This document shows positions 38,034 through 53,600 of a DNA stretch of 64,000 bases, piece after piece. Numbering within the stretch: the stretch's first letter is position 1; each line of letters begins with the position of its first letter. Source of the stretch: Camelus ferus. Its lineage: Eukaryota. Made by a program: the position numbers and the translations under genes. The stretch is from the NCBI RefSeq assembly GCF_009834535.1, contig NC_045720.1, positions 186,001 to 250,000 of the forward strand, written 5' to 3'. Under the pieces are notes generated by a model that saw only the letters and a list, made by a program, of their open reading frames with translations, was not told the origin of the DNA and did not search any database.

Positions 38034-38699
38034 TCTGCTTTCCGCTGTTTAATCAGTCAGCCCAGGCTGGAGGTGTCTGCTGCAACTGTCTGAAGGGGGA
38101 TGAGAGAGAAGCCCAGTAACTCCCGTGTCCTTTGGGCCAGGGAATAAGGACTGATGTGGTCTCCACCTCCCAGATGCTGACAGTGTGAACCACTGATGAC
38201 AGCCAGTGTGATGTGACGTGCCCTGGAATCAGGTGGCAGAGGGGCCCTGGAAGGGCGGTAGGCAGGAATCCGCATGGAAGGAGGATGAGGTGTGGAGGAG
38301 AGTAGGAAGAGGACCAGGAAACAGGAGAGCATGCATGAGTTCTCCGAGTAAATCATGGAAGAATGAAGAAGAAAGGTCCAGAGAACACAAGGTCAGAACA
38401 GCCACTGCTGCTGCCTTGACCACTCCCAGATCACTCAACTACTCCACCTCCAACCCTCACAGGCTCTGCAAGAGCCAGATACTGTTCTCACCCTACCAAC
38501 AAGGAAATCGAGGTCAAAGCCACTGCCCACGTCAAGGACTGGAACCCAGACCTATCTACTCAGAAGCACGGGGGAACCAGACAGCGCCTCCCAGACAGCA
38601 GGGGCTGAGGGACCTGTGGCAACAGAGCTAGGAGCAGGATCTGAGGGAAGAGCTGCGATGTCACCTGAAGAAGCTGCACAACACCCCAGCACGTCTCAG

Positions 38700-39620
38700 G
38701 TGATCCTCACACACCTGCTTACGCGGGAGTGCACCGCCCTGTCCCCAAGGCGCCCCCTGGCCCACGGTCCTCACAGCGCGGTGGGACGAGGCACGGTGGA
38801 ACGCTCCACCGCTTCATCGCAGCACACTCTCCCGGGAAGGCCGGGCCCCTCGCCTGGCTGTCAGCGACCACGCACTGCCAGAACTCGGGGTTTTCCCTCA
38901 GGGCCTGGCTAGTATCAGGGCAGCAGCCTTCCACTGCCTGGCCGCCGGACGCCCGGCCTCTGCCCCGCCCCGGAGGCCAGCATGCGGCCTCCCGGGCGGG
39001 GAGGAAGGAGCGCCCCGAGGCGGCCACCCACGCACGCCCGAGCCTCCGCGCCCCGGCCGCGGTCAGTGCCCACCGTCCACCGGCTCTCGCGGACAGGCCT
39101 CCTGACTCCAGAGCGTCCCGCGGCCACGCGACCAGTCCAGGTCCGCCGCGCGGCCCGCGACGGCGACCCACCCCCGCGCCCAGGTAGCCGCCCACGCACC
39201 TGGCACGCGGTCCCGAGCGGAGAGCGGCGGCGCGCGCGGCCTGGTCCCGGAGGCGACCCAGAACCACTTCCGGGCACCTCCGGGACGGCGGGAGGAGCCG
39301 CCTTCTGCCACCCGCGGCCCGAGGGGCGGGGCCTAAGCCTCCGGGTTGTTCTTAAGGGGGGCGGAGCTGGGGGGGGGGGAACCTCATTTCCCGTCATCCT
39401 CCGCGAGGGGGACCGGCGCCCGGCGTGAACCCACCAAGCGCGGATCTCCGCCGGGCCGCGGGCGTGGCGGGGCGGGGCGGGGCGGGGCGGGTCCGGGGCC
39501 GAAGAGGAAGCCGAGGTCGGGTTGGGTGGGGGCCGGGCCGAAGAGGGGCTGGGGCGGGGCCGGGGCGGGGCCGAGAAGGGGAGGGGCCGGGGCCGAGGAG
39601 GGGGCGGGGCGGGATGCCTG
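38700..39620 (-). promoter_or_regulatory. CpG island / COMMD5 promoter with a dense GGGGC (GC-box, G4-prone) array
   Basis: CpG-dense, with an ETS motif CCGGAAGT at about 39274-39267 and many GGGGCGGGGC units at 39460-39610. Confidence 0.75.
39200..39275 (-). other. COMMD5: COMMD5 non-coding exon 1
   Basis: Minus strand CCGGAAGTGGTTCTGGGTCGCC…CGTGCCAG|gtgcgt, donor at 39200/39199 inside the CpG island. Confidence 0.65.
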
Positions 39621-39699
39621 CTCCGCTGTGAGCGCTCTTGGGTGTCTCCGTTGGGCGCTTTGAGTGGGTGAAGTGTCTGGGATGTGCCTTTATCTCAGC

Positions 39700-40870
39700 A
39701 AGGCGGTACTTTAAGAATTGAGTGAAAAGAAGCAGGCAACCCAGTGAACCGATTGAGCAAGGGGAGGAAGATATCAAATGGCTTTGCTGGTCATTAAGGA
39801 AATGCAAATGGGAGCCTCACGGAGCTGCCGGCGCACACCACTGGAATGGTGCTAAATGAAAAAGACGACGCGATGGGCTGGATGTTTGTGTCCGCCCCCC
39901 CGCCCTGTTAATATGTTGAGACCCTAATCTCAGTGTGATGGTATTTGGAGACGGGGCCTCTGGAAGGTACTTAGGTGGGGAGGAGGAGCCCTCATGAATG
40001 GGATTCGTGCCGCTTAAGAAGTGGCCACAGAGCTGACTATCTCTGCGCTCTGTGAGGACACACCAGAAGTCAACTGACTGCAACCTGGAAGAGGTCCTTT
40101 CCCAGAACCCCACCACCTGGCACCCTGAGCTCAGACTTTCAGCTTTCAGAACTGTGAGAAATAAATGTCTGTTGTGTATAAGCCACCCAAACTATGGTAT
40201 TTTGTTATAGCAGCCCAAACACAGACAAATTAAGTGTTGGAGAGGACGGGAACAAAATGAAACCCTTCTACACTGTTGGTGGGAATGGAAAGTGGTATCG
40301 TACCCTAGAGAAGAGTTGTGCAGTACCTGAAAAAGTTAGAAGTATTTAAACAAAGTCCTACTGTATAGCACAGGGAACTATATTCAAAACCTTGCAACAG
40401 ATCATAAAGGAAAAGAATATGAAAAAGAATATATGTGTAACTGAATCACTTTGCTGTGTGGCAGAAACACAACATTGTAATTCAGCTATACAATGAAAAA
40501 AATTTTTTAAGTTAAAATATTTATATGACCAAGCAATTCCATATCTGCTTATATGCACAAGAACAATGTAAATATGTTCACACAAAATCTTGCACAAAGT
40601 TGTTCTTAGCAACATTATTCATAATAACCAAAAATGGAAAAACCCAAATACACATCAGCTGGTGAATCCATAAGTGTGTTGGGCTGTATCCATTCAGTGG
40701 AATAACAGTCAGCAGTAACAAGGGATGAACTACTGGCTAGAACATGGATGAACTTTCAGAACGCTGTGCTGAGTGAAAGAAGACAGACGCAAAAGACCAC
40801 ATTCTGCTGTGATTCGTTTACATGGAATGTGCTGTGTGATTCAGTTTATATGAAATGTCCAGCTAAGGCA
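39700..40870 (+). mobile_element. Old L1 (L1MB/ME-type) interrupted by an MLT1A0 LTR (39872-40228) and a young L1 3' fragment (about 40345-40505)
   Basis: Old L1 text resumes on both sides of each insert. The MLT1A0 ends gagaaataaatgtctgttgtgtataagccacccaaactatggtattttgttatagcagcccaaacacagaca. Confidence 0.7.
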
Positions 40871-41169
40871 AGGAAGAGGGCAAAGCACCAGCAGGTGCAG
40901 GTACAGAGAAGGCCTGGTGAGCACACAGGCCAAGGTGGCTGGTCCTTCTTCAGGCATCTGTTCCAGTGTCCCCTGTTTGAGAAGGTGGTGGTTCAGAGGA
41001 TCTCAGCATCAGGGACTCTTGTGCCTGGACTGTGGGTCCATCAGAACCTCTCTGCCTAGAATGAGAAAGCTCAGCCTGGGAAAGAATCATCCCCTATCTG
41101 AGTCCCTGGTGCTCTCACAGCTCTGGGTTCAGTCAACCCCCCACTCCTTCCCAGAACCCTTCAGAGATT

Positions 41170-43160
41170 GTTTCCACTACAGGTTAGTTTTGGCTTTTAT
41201 GGAATTTCACATAAACGATGACATACGGTATACAGTCTTTCAGGTAAAGCTTCTTTCACTCACCATGTTTCTGTGACCCATCCGTGCTGCTGCCTGCTAG
41301 TAAAAATCCATTCCACTTTACAGTAGAGCAGGTCAGACGCACTGCAGTCTGTCACGTGGCTCTTTTGTGGACACCTGAGATATTTTAACTATAGTAAACA
41401 GAACTGCTATGAACTTTCAGGTACAAATCTTTTCTGTGCATGTTTTCATTTCTCTTAGTTAAATGGTTAGGAATGAACTTTCTTGTCATGACAGGTGTAT
41501 GTTTAGTTTTTTGAGGAAGTACGTGACTTTTTTTCAGAGTAGTTGTACCATTTTATATTCTCATCAAAAGATTCAAAAGAGTTTCAGGTGCTCCACATTC
41601 CCGGCCAAGATTTGGAGCTGTCAGGCTTTTTAAATTTATCTCCTGGTGAGTGTGTAGTGATATTTCACTGTGGTTTTGGTTTTCATTTCCCTGATGACTA
41701 GTGATGAGCATTTTTTCATGTGCTTATTGGACATTCATGAATCTTTGTCAGGAGATTGTTAAAATATTTTGCCTATTTTTAAATTCAGTGGCTCAGCATT
41801 TATTACAACTATTATTCTTACATCACTTTATTGATATATGATATGTAAAAAGCTGTACATATTTGATATATACAACTTGATGAGTTTGGGGATAAGTATA
41901 CAGCCATAAAACCATCACCACCACCCTAAATAAATAAATCTGTCACTCCCAAAGTTTCCTCCTGCCTTTTATTATTATTTGTGTGTGTGAAGAATATTTA
42001 TAAGTTATACCCTCTTAGCAAACTCTAAATACACAGCACAGTGGTGTTATGTACAGGCATGTACATGGTATGACAGATGTCTGGAACTCATTTATCTTGT
42101 GTCCAGTGTCCTACAATCTTCTAGGGGCAACCATGTTGTCACAAATGGCAGGATTTGCTTCTTTTTTATGACCAAATAACATTCCATTGCATATATGTGT
42201 GTGTGTGTGTGTGTATTTAAAATATATATTTATATTTGTACATAAACAATATTTGTAATGGCATTTTCTTTGTCTACTCATTGGTTGGTAGACTTTTACA
42301 TTGTTTCCATGCCCTGGCTACTGTAACCAGTGCTACAATGAATCTCAGCATCAGGGACTCTTGTGCCTGGACTGTGGGTCCATCAGAACCTCTCTGCCTA
42401 GAAGGAGAAAGCTCAGCCTGGGAAAGGATCAGCCATGCAGATATTTCTTCAAGATCCTGCTTTCAGTTCCTTTGGGTAAAACATCCAGAAGTGGGATTGC
42501 TAAATCATGTGGTAGTCCTATTTTTNNNNNNNNNNNNNNNNNNNNNNNNNNNNNNNNNNNNNNNNNNNNNNNNNNNNNNNNNNNNNNNNNNNNNNNNNNN
42601 NNNNNNNNNNNNNNNNNNNNNNNNNNNNNNNNNNNNNNNNNNNNNNNNNNNNNNNNNNNNNNNNNNNNGGATTGAACCCAGGACCTTTTGCACGCTAAAC
42701 ATCTGTTTTACCACTGAGCTATACCCACCCCCTGTCTGTTTGTTTTTAATAATAGCCACTGTNNNNNNNNNNNNNNNNNNNNNNNNNNNNNNNNNNNNNN
42801 NNNNNNNNNNNNNNNNNNNNNNNNNNNNNNNNNNNNNNNNNNNNNNNNNNNNNNNNNNNNNNNNNNNNNNNNNNNNNNNNNNNNNNNNNNNNNNNNNNNN
42901 NNNNNNNNNNNNNNNNNNNNNNNNNNNNNNNNNNNNNNNNNNNNNNNNNNNNNNNNNNNNNNNNNNNNNNNNNNNNNNNNNNNNNNNNNNNNNNNNNNNN
43001 NNNNNNNNNNNNNNNNNNNNNNNNNNNNNNNNNNNNNNNNNNNNNNNNNNNNNNNNNNNNNNNNNNNNNNNACTAATCTTTCATCTATCTTAAGTTGAGT
43101 TTTGTGTATGACATAAGGGTCCAGTTTCATTCCTTTGCATGTGGATATCCAGTTTTCCTA
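41170..43160 (-). mobile_element. Composite old L1 fragments, partly N-masked, with an inserted SINE
   Basis: Antisense L1 3' text (…tttcatttccctgatgactagtgatgagcattttttcatgtgcttattgg…; …gatcctgctttcagttcctttgggtaaaacatccagaagtgggattgct…). Confidence 0.7.
42669..42731 (-). mobile_element. Vic-1-type SINE (head visible, tail masked)
   Basis: ggattgaacccaggacc…taccactgagctataccc is the reverse complement of the tRNA-Ala-like head. Confidence 0.7.
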
Positions 43161-43276
43161 ACGAGAAAGTATATGCACGTATGTGTGTGTCTCTGCCCCC
43201 AGTTCCTGCTAATATTTAATGTTTGACTCTGAGTCCTGGCCCAAAGCTCCTAAAACTCTTGTAATTTCCTGAGTTA

Positions 43277-43756
<480 letters not shown>

Positions 43757-44185
43757 TCACCAAAGTTTTCTCCATCGTCTCTTGGTTGTGTGGAGTTTAC
43801 CTTCTAGTAGTTTATTTAGAAAGGCCCTCATGAATAACATACCCTAAATTTGTACACATTCAAAATTGGTTACATCAAGCCTTTAGTTTCTAAAGGTAGA
43901 CGTTTTCATCATTGATTTGAGATATTTCTTCTCACAGGCATTAAAAGTTATAAATTTCCCTCTAAGCACAGCTTTAGATGCATCCCACAAATTTTAATGT
44001 TATATTTTCATTATTATTTAGCTCAAAATATTGATGAATTTTTCTTGTGACTTCTTCTTTGACCCAGTGACTATTTAGACATGTGTTGTTTAATCTGCAT
44101 ATAGTTGATGTTTTCATAGATGTCTAATTATTATTAATTTGTAATTTAATTTTATTGTGGTCAAGAACATACTCTGTATGATTTC

Positions 44186-44299
44186 TTTTTTTTTTCTTTT
44201 TTCTTGTTTGCTGGGAGGAGGTGGTTTATATATCTATTTTTAGAGGAGGACCTTGTGCATGCTAAGCACGTGCTCTACCACTGAGCTGTACCCTCCCTC
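44186..44299 (-). mobile_element. Vic-1-type SINE with internal deletion
   Basis: ggaccttgtgcatgctaagcacgtgctctaccactgagctgtaccctccc. TSD-like atactctgtatgatttc / atactgtatatgatttc. Confidence 0.75.
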
Positions 44300-44985
44300 A
44301 TACTGTATATGATTTCATTCTTTTTACACTGATTCACTCTTGTTATAGGACCTCATTTGATCTATGCTGGCAGAGGTACCATGCACACTGAACTGTCAAT
44401 CACACACAGGTCTGTGTTCTCTAGAATTTTCTATGACCTGTCCATCATATGTAGGTCTGGATTCTCTAGATTTTATGCAGCACTTTTCCCCCAACATCTT
44501 ATTATGAAACTTTCAAGCATATGGCAAAGTTGGAAGAATTTTATAGTGAACATCAGTGTATGCACCACCTGGATCCTGCCTCCAACATTTTATTGTGCTT
44601 GATTATCACGTTTACCTGTACCTATCTGACCAGTAATCCACTTAATTTGTTGTTGCTTTTCAAAGTAAATACAGACATCTGTTCACTTCTTTTAAATATA
44701 TGTGTATCGTTAATTGGAGATGAGTATTTCTTTATAGTTTGGAAGGTTAATGTTATCTAAGTGAAAGGTACAGATTTTAAGTGTAAGCGTACTGAATATT
44801 AACAAATAAACAATATATCTCTTTGAGAGCACACATGCCTTTACTGGCTGAAGAGAGATTCGGTCTGAACAGCCTTGGGAAGCATGGCTATTTTGACCGG
44901 AGTGTGGAATAACATCCATAATGTGTTAAAAGCTCCTATAAGTTGTTACTCAAAAGGTAGATACTCCAATAGAAAAATGGTTGAT

Positions 44986-45148
44986 GGGGGAGGGTACTGC
45001 TCAATGGTAGGGCGCATACCACCAGCGTGCACAAGGTCCTGGGTTTAATCCCCAGTACTCTCATTAAACAAACAAATAAACAAACAAACAAACAAACCCA
45101 ATTACCCTCCCCCCCAAAAGGAAAAGAAAACCAAAAATAAAGAAAAAA
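44986..45148 (+). mobile_element. Vic-1-type SINE
   Basis: GGGGGAGGGTACTGCTCAATGGTAGGGCGCATACC…CACAAGGTCCTGGGTTTAATCCCCAGTAC with an (AAAC)n tail. TSD-like agaaaaatggttgat / agaaaaacaggtgat. Confidence 0.8.
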
Positions 45149-45289
45149 GAAAAACAGGTGATAGGCAGAGCTCAGAAGTAAAGATGGCCAATCAATAGGG
45201 TAAAAATACTTAAGGTCATTAGTAACCAAAAAGGGGGAATTAAAACAACTTGCTATTTTTCACCTATCAAATTGGCAAATTAATCCATC

Positions 45290-45720
45290 GAACAAATATT
45301 TAGAAAGCCAAGCATGTGCTAGGTAAGGATATAACAGGAAGATAAACACCATCTATGACCTCATGAAGCTTATGTTGTATTAAGGTAGATAGACAATTAA
45401 GCAAGTAAGTTATTAAAAAGGATAAAAAACTATGTGACATGGAAACTGTATGGAAATATGTGAAAACCCGTCATCGGCTCCAAGCTAGTCCACACGGTCA
45501 AAGAGCCCTCTGGAAGGCTGTGATGTTCAGGGAAGTTGATGCAGTTAGTGGGGCAGCACAAGATGGGATGTGACATGTAACTGAACCAACCAAGTTCAAG
45601 AATTAAAAGAATCTCACTGTGGATGGAGCAGCAAGTACCAGAAGAGAGTGACAGGCTGGGGCAGAAAACAGATCATGAAAGTACTACAAAAACCTCCAGA
45701 ACTTCAGACTTTATTCTAAA
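45290..45720 (-). mobile_element. L2 LINE fragment
   Basis: aacaaatatttagaaagccaagcatgtgctagg…gacctcatgaagcttatg…, the reverse complement of the L2 3' end. Confidence 0.55.
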
Positions 45721-46075
45721 TACTTAAAAAATAATAACACCCTGTGACAATTGGAGAAGCAACCACTGTCTTTTATTATTGGTGGGAAATAAAGAAATAT
45801 GACTTTTTAGAGGGAAAGTTGGAAATACGTGCCAAAAGAATAGATATGTTACATTACCTTTTGCCCCTAAAAGTATTCTTCTAGGAATTTATTCTAAGTA
45901 GACAGTCATATGCACCAAAAAACGACAACTATGACACTCACTGAAGAATTCTATATACTGGGGGGAACAAGAAACAACCCAAATGTCAAAAGAATAGAGG
46001 ATCGTTCAAACCAGTTACAGACTATTCATAGACTGGAACACCGTTCTGCCACTAAAACTGCATAGCAGAAGAGTA

Positions 46076-46303
46076 CATGCAACCTCAGAGAAATTGTGGG
46101 TTTGGCTCCAAACCACTGCAGTAAAGCAAATAAAGCGAGTCACACATTTTCTGGTTTCCCAGTGCATGTGAAAATCATGTTATTTACAAATACTTTATTG
46201 ATAAAAAAATGCTAATCATCATCTGACAACAGGGGGCTGCCACAAGCCTCCAATTTGTTAAAAACACAGCACCTGTGAAGCACAGTAAACTGAGGTCTGT
46301 CTG
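46076..46303 (+). mobile_element. Tigger2/MER28-type TcMar non-autonomous element
   Basis: TA|catgcaacctcagagaaattgtgggtttggctccaaaccactgc…aaactgaggtctgtctg|TA. Degenerate TIRs with TA target duplication. Confidence 0.7.
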
Positions 46304-48479
46304 TACATAATTGGAAGTCCATGCTCTGTTACAGTGAAAAGTCATGTTCTCAAACAATACACACAGCATAAACCAACTTGTACTGAAAACACATGCAAGG
46401 TGCTGTTTCTTCCTCCCACGTTTAGTACAAGTTGGTGAAGCCACTGGGCTTGGCATTTTCTCTGAGGAGAGGTTTTTCATTAGTGAGTCAATTTCTTTAA
46501 TACTTTTAGGATTATGTAGTAAACCTTTTCTTGGGCCAGTTATGGTAAATTGTATATTTATACATTTCATCTCAATGTTCAAAATTTGAGGCATAAATGT
46601 GTTCAAATTATCTTTTTATCATATGTCTATAGTTTGTGTGTTGATGGCTCCTTTTTCATTTTGGTTATTTGTCCTTTTTCTGATTTATTTTTTTAATTTA
46701 TCTTTTACTGAAGTGTAGTCAGTTTATAATGTTGTGTCAAATGTGGTGTATAGCACAATCTGTATCTGCCATTCCCCAAGAACCTGCTGCGTACCCTGCA
46801 CACACTAGGTGGGTATTCACGTCACCGTGTGAGAGAACTAAGGGTGGGGGTTGCACGTGCATCTACAGCCACATAAGAAGTGACCTCAGAACCGACTGTC
46901 CCACCCCAAACCCAGGCTCTTTGCATCCCCCCAGGCACTCACAGTGGGTGTGGTGGGCCCTCTGGGAGGACAGTGGCTGTAGGTGTGTCGCTGGATAGTC
47001 TGGAGTCACTCTAAGTGTCATCAGTCCTGAGCTTGCTGCCCAAGAGGGCAGAGGTCGTGATTTTAACTTAGCAGAAACCTGATCACCCATTAGAGAACGT
47101 CAGAGAAAATGGCCATTCAGCCTAGACTCCAAGCCTCAGAGGAAAGAAAATGGACAGAAATCCAAAAGTGTGCAGACACCATCCAGGCCCTGTCCAGGAG
47201 AGCTGGGGCTGGACTGCCGAGGGCACTGACCACACTTATCATCTGGTCCTACTGTGGAGATGGAAACAGTGGCTTTCGGTGCTTGGAGCTACTAAAGTTT
47301 GACTCCTAGCACCCACCTCCCATGTTGCGGTTCCCTGCCCCCCCCCCCCAGCTTCCCTTGAGTCTTGTGTTCAAAGAGCGGTGTGACCCTGGAGGCAACA
47401 CGGTGCCGCTAATGCTGGACACGCCCTCAGCAGGTCCACCTGTGCCCTGGCTCTCTGGTCTTCTGTGTCCACTCCCTGAAGTGCAGGAGCATCTCAGCAC
47501 GTGGGCAAAGCTGAGAGGCAGACTTGGGCTGGCCAGCTTGTCTCTGGACAGGCTCCCTGCTGTAACCTATGTCCCTGACCACAGGGGCCCCACTCAGCCA
47601 CAGCCTGCTTGAGAGCTTCTCCACCTTCAAGTCCCACATGAAGGAAATGGAGCCTGAGGTTTGGGTGATCGAGAAACTGATTTATACTCTGAGGAACAGA
47701 GAAGACTCCATGTTATGCCTGGATGACGGTGAGCCCTGAGGATTGCAGGACTGAGCCCCACCATAGTCCTCATCCTAGGCGGGCTGAGGGTGAACTCTGA
47801 TGCCCTCCTTGACACGCCTCATTCCTTCTCAGAAACGTGGTCCACGGCCTCTGGGACAGAGCCCACACCCCCAGGAGGCCCCGAGGGCCAGGCCCTGCCC
47901 CGAGTCACACCCCATCTCACCTGCATCTGGGAAACAGTCCTCTTACTACATTGTTTCTTGGCTTCTATCACCTTGTGCCATCACCATTATCCCACTGTCT
48001 TCAAGGCAGGTTCAGTCCTCCTTCAAGCCTTCCTGTCCTTGGCCCACCTCCGCCGCACTCCTGTGGTACCCAAGCAGGATGTGTCAGTGGAAGGGAGCCA
48101 GGCCCCCGTCAGTGACCCAAGGAAGGACCTGACAACTGCTCCATCTCCCTCTCCCTGCGAGGAGCCCGGAATTGAGGACAAGACTCAGAAACGCCCCTTT
48201 CCTCTCCCTTTTGACATGTGTGAGGCGACAGCTTGCTTCTTCCGCTGGGGCCTGGGAATGTGAAGCCATTGCCTGCACACCTGGACTCCTCTGAAGACTA
48301 AGGTGTGCGTGGCTCAGTCCGAAAGAGGTCTGGGCAGAAGAACTTCACAGCTGGTCCTCTCTGAGGCCCTTCCTCCTTTCCCCTTGGATTGGGTCAGAGG
48401 TCCTCCCTAGGGTCCTCCATCTCACGCCGGCTGGAGAGCAGACAGCCATGTGGATATATCTTTTCCTTTCCCATTTTGG

Positions 48480-50527
<2,048 letters not shown>

Positions 50528-52479
50528 CTGGAAGACAGACGGAAGCACATAGCCAGTCACAAAAATTGATGCCATAAATAACAAACAAAAAAGCAGGAAG
50601 ACTGTTCCAGATTAAAAGAACCTAAAGAGACACACTCAATTCCAACTGCCATCCTCGATAAGTTCTTGGATTTAAAAACACACTGTTAAAGAGATTTTAG
50701 GGACAACTGGAGATATGCGAATTATGTGGACCTGTAATTATTGTAATTTTCTCAGGTGTGATATGGTTTAGTGGTCAAGTGAGAACTTGCTTTTAGGAGA
50801 TAGGCTGAGGCACTTAGGGGTGAGCGTCTTGATGCCTACAAATTACTTTCAACTCACTCTTCTGGCAACAGAAGTAATTATACATAGAGAACCAGCAAAA
50901 GTGGCAGAATGGCAGCCCCTCCAGGAGCTCGTGAAGGACCGGTGCTGCTTACTGGGCTGCTCTGGCAACTTTTCTGTGGGTTTGAACATGCCCAGAGGAG
51001 AGCTGGGAGGAAAAGCAAGGGGGTTCTGGCCAGAAGTGGACTCGGGGAGAGCAGGCCAGAGGATGGGAGGGGACAGCAGAGGTGCTGTCACCTTCTCACT
51101 TCTTAACATTCAGGGTCCCTAACTCAGACTGACACTGAGAGGAGGGGCCTTCCCAGGTCTCAGGGCCATAAGTGGCAGAGTGGGGTTCTGCCCTGGATTC
51201 CCTTCTTAATCGCCTATGTCCCCACCACCCCCAGCACTCGGACCCCAGGGGCAGTGCGGTACAGGGCAGGCAGTTTGGAGAATCAGGGGAAAGAGCACAA
51301 GGTGCGAGGCAAGAGGCAGGGGTAGAGGCCCCAGGTGACTGTAGGTGAAGTGAGTGAATGAAAAAAATGGTTGTATCTCCTCCCCTCTTTATCACCTGGT
51401 ATTGGGAAGTGGTCCCAGGAAGAGTTCAACAGTGACTGGCAACGCTGAGCTTTGCAGGTGAGACTGGGAGAAGGCAGGGGTGGGTGTAGGTGGGCCTTTG
51501 GGGTTGGTGATAAAGAGTTTTGGTCTCATCTCATTTGGTCTCATTTGGTCTCATCTCAATTAGGGAGGCCTGAGAAATTCCCACGCTCACTTTGGAGAGG
51601 GGAGACTCACCCTCTGGAGAAAAACCACGAGATTGCCAAGGAGTGTGAAGTGCTCCTTCTAAGTTTAAAATGAAGTTAGCCAGCCTTGTGCCCATGGGGG
51701 AGGAGAATGGTAGAGTTCACCCAGACTGGGCTTCCGCGGGTGTGTACAGTGGAGAGGGAGCTAAAGACGGTAGGGCAGGGACTTGGTGTCCGTGTGTGGA
51801 CGTGTGGTGTCAGGACGAGTCCCATCAGAGAGCCAAAGGAGGCAGAGGCATCGCAGCAGCCAGGTGCTGAAGGAGCAAGTGCCCGACGGGAAGTGGACCC
51901 CAACTGAGGACTTGAAACTGAGCCTTTAGCACTTTGCAATTTCTTGTGGTGAGGGAGATCCAGGCTGCGGCCACAGTGGTGTGGGCTTCTGCGTTCTGTT
52001 GTGCGGGTTTCAGGCTGATTAGCTATCCAAATGGAAGTCAAATACTACAAATCTGGAGATGAATATTGTATGGGTAATAATAATTTTAAAAAGCCTGAAG
52101 AACAGGCTAAACGCAGAGTAGAAAATGCTAGAGACAACAACAGTATAGCTGAACTGAGCAATTATTAAGAGTTAAGACAGAGCAAAAGGATAGGAAGGAA
52201 ACGGGATACAGAGGATACAGACCATCCAGTTTATCTAACAGCTCCATGGGGAGAACCACAGGAAGAACGGAGAGCCCACATTTTAAAAGACAATGAAAAA
52301 ACAACAACAAAAAAGAGACAATGACTGATAACCTTCCAGAATCAAGGAAGAGTGAAATCTCAGATTCAGGAAGCCCAACACGTGTGAGTAAGGTAAAACC
52401 CAACCAGTAAGGTAAAATCCACACTGACACGGTCGAAATGTCAAATGCACTGCAGCCGAAGGGGATCGAAGAATCTCAG

Positions 52480-53600
52480 GAGCGCTCAGATAAGACAAGA
52501 TCGTCCCCGTTCAGACTGCGGGGCCAGAGGGAGGGCTTCGGGTGACCTGGGAGGGGTGCCCCCCTCCGCCCAGCCATCCCGCGCCCGGGTGACCTGGGCA
52601 GAGACGACGCCTCCCTCCGCCCGCCGCTTAGCGGGAACTCGAGTGGACCGTGTTAGGCTCCACGCCCACCTTGTGGGCGGAGCCAGCCTGACCTCGCGGC
52701 AGACTCCCGGCACGCCGCGCGCCGGCGCAGGCGCACGAGGCCAGCGGCAGAGCCCCCTGGCGGCTGGGCGGCGCGGTGCGGGGGCGGGGCCGGAGGCGGG
52801 GGGTTGCGCTGGTGACGGGAGGACGCGCGCCCTCGGCGCACTGGGCCGGCGGCCGCGGCGGCGGCGGAGGGCAAGCAGCTACCCGGCCGCGGCGGCGGCG
52901 GCAGAGGCGGCGGCCGCAGGGCCGCGAGCAGCGCGCGCGCGGCGTGCGGGTCGAGATGAGGGGCTGTGGCGGCGCGGCTCGCGCGCAGCCGGCTGGTGAG
53001 AGCGCGGGCGGTGGGCGGTGCGGGCCTGGAAGATGGCGGAGAGGCCGGCGCTGCGGCCCCCGCCCGCCCTCGCAGAGGCCCCCGGCTCGGCCAGCGAGGA
53101 TACGGGTCCCCAGAGACCGAGGAGCCGAGACGGGCGGCGGCCGGGCTAAGGAGGGGCGGGGGCTGGGTGTGGCGGCCCGGCTGGGCGGGGGCGCGAGGGG
53201 CCCAGGCCGCGGGGGCCAAGGTGTGAGGTGGGTGTGGGGTCCGGCCTGGGGGTGTGTGAGTGCGTGTACGCGGCCCGGCGTGGCTGTCGGTGAGTGTGCC
53301 TGAGGCGGGGGTACGAGTGTGTGCGCCCGGCCCGGGGGTGCGCGAGCCCGGCCTAGGGTGGGCGTGAGTGGAGTGCCGGGCCTGAGTGCGGGGCGTCGGC
53401 GCGGGGCTTCGGCGGGGTTACTGGGGCGCAGTCGGGGCGGTGAGGGACCGGGCCGGCTTTGTCAGGGCTCAGAAAGTCGGGACGCGTGTGTTCCCTTTCG
53501 GCTGCGGGCCCCGGCCCTGCCGATCTGGCTTCTGCAGCGAGGCGGGCTGGGGCGTCCCCGCCTTTCCTTCCTGGTCGCCCTCCCGGAGCTGAAATTCCCT
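52480..53600 (+). promoter_or_regulatory. CpG island with first exon (about 52850-53227) of a + strand gene; ARHGAP39 is a candidate by synteny only
   Basis: Very GC/CpG-dense with (GGC)n tracts. Donors AAG|gtgtga (53220) or GAG|gtgggt (53227), followed by more than 10 kb of repeat-rich, intron-like sequence with no recognisable coding exon. Confidence 0.7.

Noticed and set aside
51520-51560. Short ATTTGGTCTC/ATCTC tandem units (a similar 27-bp doublet occurs at about 2535-2590)
   Set aside because: These are ordinary slippage repeats with no further structure.
52776-53303. 86-188 aa ORFs in the last CpG island as coding exon 1
   Set aside because: They have non-ATG starts or short frames with Ala/Arg/Gly bias and no match to a protein I recognise. 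They are treated as 5' UTR.
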